From a virus (taxonomy: Duplodnaviria; Heunggongvirae; Uroviricota; Caudoviricetes): DNA of 8,131 nucleotides. The notes below the pieces were generated by a model. The model searched no databases. It was given only the letters and a program-made list of their open reading frames with translations, and was not told where the DNA came from. Position numbers and translations under genes: made by a program. Shown here piece by piece: positions 5,994 through 8,131 of the stretch. How positions within the stretch are numbered: position 1 is the first letter of the stretch; each line of letters begins with the position of its first letter. The DNA lies in IMG/VR virus record IMGVR_UViG_2671180298_000006, positions 1 to 8,131 of that record. One strand, given 5' to 3'.

Positions 5994-8131
5994 TTAAAAC
6001 GGAACTGCTGGAAACGCAGACCGTGGACTTCAGCGTGGGTGCCGAAGGGCTTCGCCATGTACCGGGCGATGTCATTGAAATCTGTGATGATGACTATGCG
6101 GGGATCAGCACCGGCGGGCGTGTGCTGGCGGTGAACAGCCAGACCCGGACACTGACGCTCGACCGTGAAATCACGCTGCCATCCTCCGGCACCACGCTGA
6201 TAAGCCTGGTTGACGGGCAGGGTAATCCGGTGAGCGTGGAGGTCCAGTCCGTCACCGACGGCGTGAAGGTGAAAGTGAGCCGGGTTCCTGACGGCGTTGC
6301 CGAGTACAGCGTGTGGGGGCTGAAGCTGCCGACGCTGCGCCAGCGCCTGTTCCGCTGCGTGAGTATCCGTGAGAACGATGACGGCACGTATGCCATCACC
6401 GCCGTGCAGCATGTACCGGAAAAAGAGGCCATCGTGGATAACGGGGCGCACTTTGACGGCGACCAGAGCGGCACGGTGAATGGTGTCACGCCGCCAGCAG
6501 TGCAGCATCTGACCGCAGAAGTCACCGCAGACAGCGGGGAATACCAGGTGCTGGCCCGCTGGGACACGCCGAAGGTGGTGAAGGGGGTGAGCTTTATGCT
6601 TCGCCTGACCGTGGCAGCGGATGACGGCAGTGAGCGACTGGTCAGCACGGCCCGGACGACGGAAACCACATACCGCTTCACGCAACTGGCGCTGGGGAAC
6701 TACAGGCTGACAGTCCGGGCGGTAAATGCGTGGGGACAGCAGGGCGATCCGGCATCGGTATCGTTCCGGATTGCCACACCGGCAGCGCCGTCGCGGATTG
6801 AGCTGACGCCGGGCTATTTTCAGATAACCGCCACGCCGCATCTTGCGGTTTATGATCCGACGGTACAGTTTGAGTTCTGGTTCTCGGAAAAGCGGATTGC
6901 GGATATCAGGCAGGTTGAAACCAGCGCGCGTTATCTTGGCACGGCGCTGTACTGGATAGCCGCCAGTATCAATATCAGGCCGGGCCATGATTATTATTTT
7001 TACGTTCGCAGTGTGAACACCGTTGGCAAATCGGCATTCGTGGAGGCTGTTGGTCAGCCGAGTGATGACGCATCCGGCTATCTGGATTTTTTCAAAGGCG
7101 AGATAGGGAAAACCCATCTGGCTCAGGAGCTGTGGACGCAGATTGATAACGGTCAGCTTGCGCCTGACCTGGCTGAAATCAGGACATCCATTACGGATGT
7201 CAGCAATGAAATCACACAGACCGTCAATAAGAAACTGGAAGACCAGAGTGCAGCGATCCAGCAGATACAGAAGGTTCAGGTTGATACAAATAATAATCTG
7301 AACAGCATGTGGGCTGTGAAGCTGCAGCAGATGCAGGATGGACGCCTTTATATTGCGGGTATCGGTGCCGGTATTGAGAACACCCCTGACGGCATGCAGA
7401 GTCAGGTGCTGCTGGCGGCGGACAGGATTGCGATGGTTAATCCTGCGAATGGCAACACAAAACCGATGTTTGTTGGTCAGGGCGATCAGATATTCATGAA
7501 CGACGTGTTCCTGAAACGCCTGACGGCCCCCACCATTACCAGCGGTGGAAATCCACCGGCATTTTCCCTGACACCGGACGGAAAGCTGACCGCTAAAAAT
7601 GCGGATATCAGTGGCAGTGTGAATGCGAACGCCGGGACGCTCAACAATGTCACGGTAAATGAAAACTGTACGATTAAGGGCATGCTGGAGGCGACTCAGG
7701 TCAGAGGTGACTTCGTTAAAGCTGTATCCAAATCATTCCCGAAACAGGCTGGTACGTGGGGTAACACGGAAACACCAAACGGGACGGTTACAGTTACCAT
7801 AAGCGATGATCATAACTTTGACCGTCAAATCATTATTCCGCCCATTATCTTTAACGGAATAGCGTATAGCGATCCGGGAAGTGGTAATAACCCGGGAGGT
7901 ACAAGATACACGGGTTATGGTTTTGAAGTTCGCAAAAACGGTGTATTAATCGCATCCAGAGAAACTAAAGGGGCTATTCCCGGTAGCTACAGTGCGGTTA
8001 TTGATATGCCGAGTGGCAGGGGAAGCGTCACTCTGGAGTTTAAGGTTTTCCATAAAGGCAATCAGTGGGCAGGTAATATCACCGACTGTACGGTGATTGT
8101 GACCAAAAAAGCCGCTTCCGGCATCAGTATT
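5861..8131 (+). pseudogene. Lambda J-like host-specificity (central tail fibre) gene, 5'-truncated fragment; continues beyond the window's 3' end
   Basis: The frame starting at 5867 translates continuously to the window end: [84 protein letters not shown]…, which matches my recollection of lambda J from about residue 370 onward. An in-frame stop lies at 5759-5761 and the sequence upstream of about 5861 is unrelated to J, so roughly the first third of J is missing. The first in-frame ATG is at 5936. No stop is reached before position 8131. Confidence 0.8.

Noticed and set aside
5822-7117. 431-aa ORF on the - strand (plus nested 195-aa ORF 6094..6681)
   Set aside because: It lies entirely antisense to the J-like tail-fibre reading frame, which has a clear protein match. 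Its Arg/Pro/Gly/Ala/His-rich translation is typical of spurious antisense ORFs in GC-rich coding DNA.
7486-7683. 65-aa - strand ORF
   Set aside because: Antisense within the J-like tail-fibre frame.

Overview
This window reads as the left arm and immunity region of a degraded lambdoid (cryptic) prophage from an enterobacterium. From left to right: (i) a translationally coupled two-gene module on the + strand, a Panacea/DUF4065-domain protein followed by an unrecognised 139-aa partner (candidate toxin-antitoxin or defence pair), then a small codon-optimised ORF and a strong bidirectional terminator; (ii) a leftward early operon on the - strand carrying a YfdP-like gene, a DUF2303 YfdQ-like gene, a markedly AT-rich gene for an N-terminally membrane-anchored protein (candidate superinfection-exclusion or abortive-infection cargo) and a PrtN-family regulator; (iii) a roughly 600-nt ORF-free leader with long inverted repeats; (iv) a classic lysogeny switch with an S24-peptidase CI-like repressor, divergent Cro/YdaS-like and CII-like genes and three related palindromic operators; (v) an abrupt junction where the CII-like gene runs into the 3' two-thirds of a lambda J-like tail-fibre gene, which continues past the window end. 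No rRNA, tRNA, CRISPR array, IS element or integrase was recognised. All functional calls come from reading the translations and motifs by eye; no database search was run.
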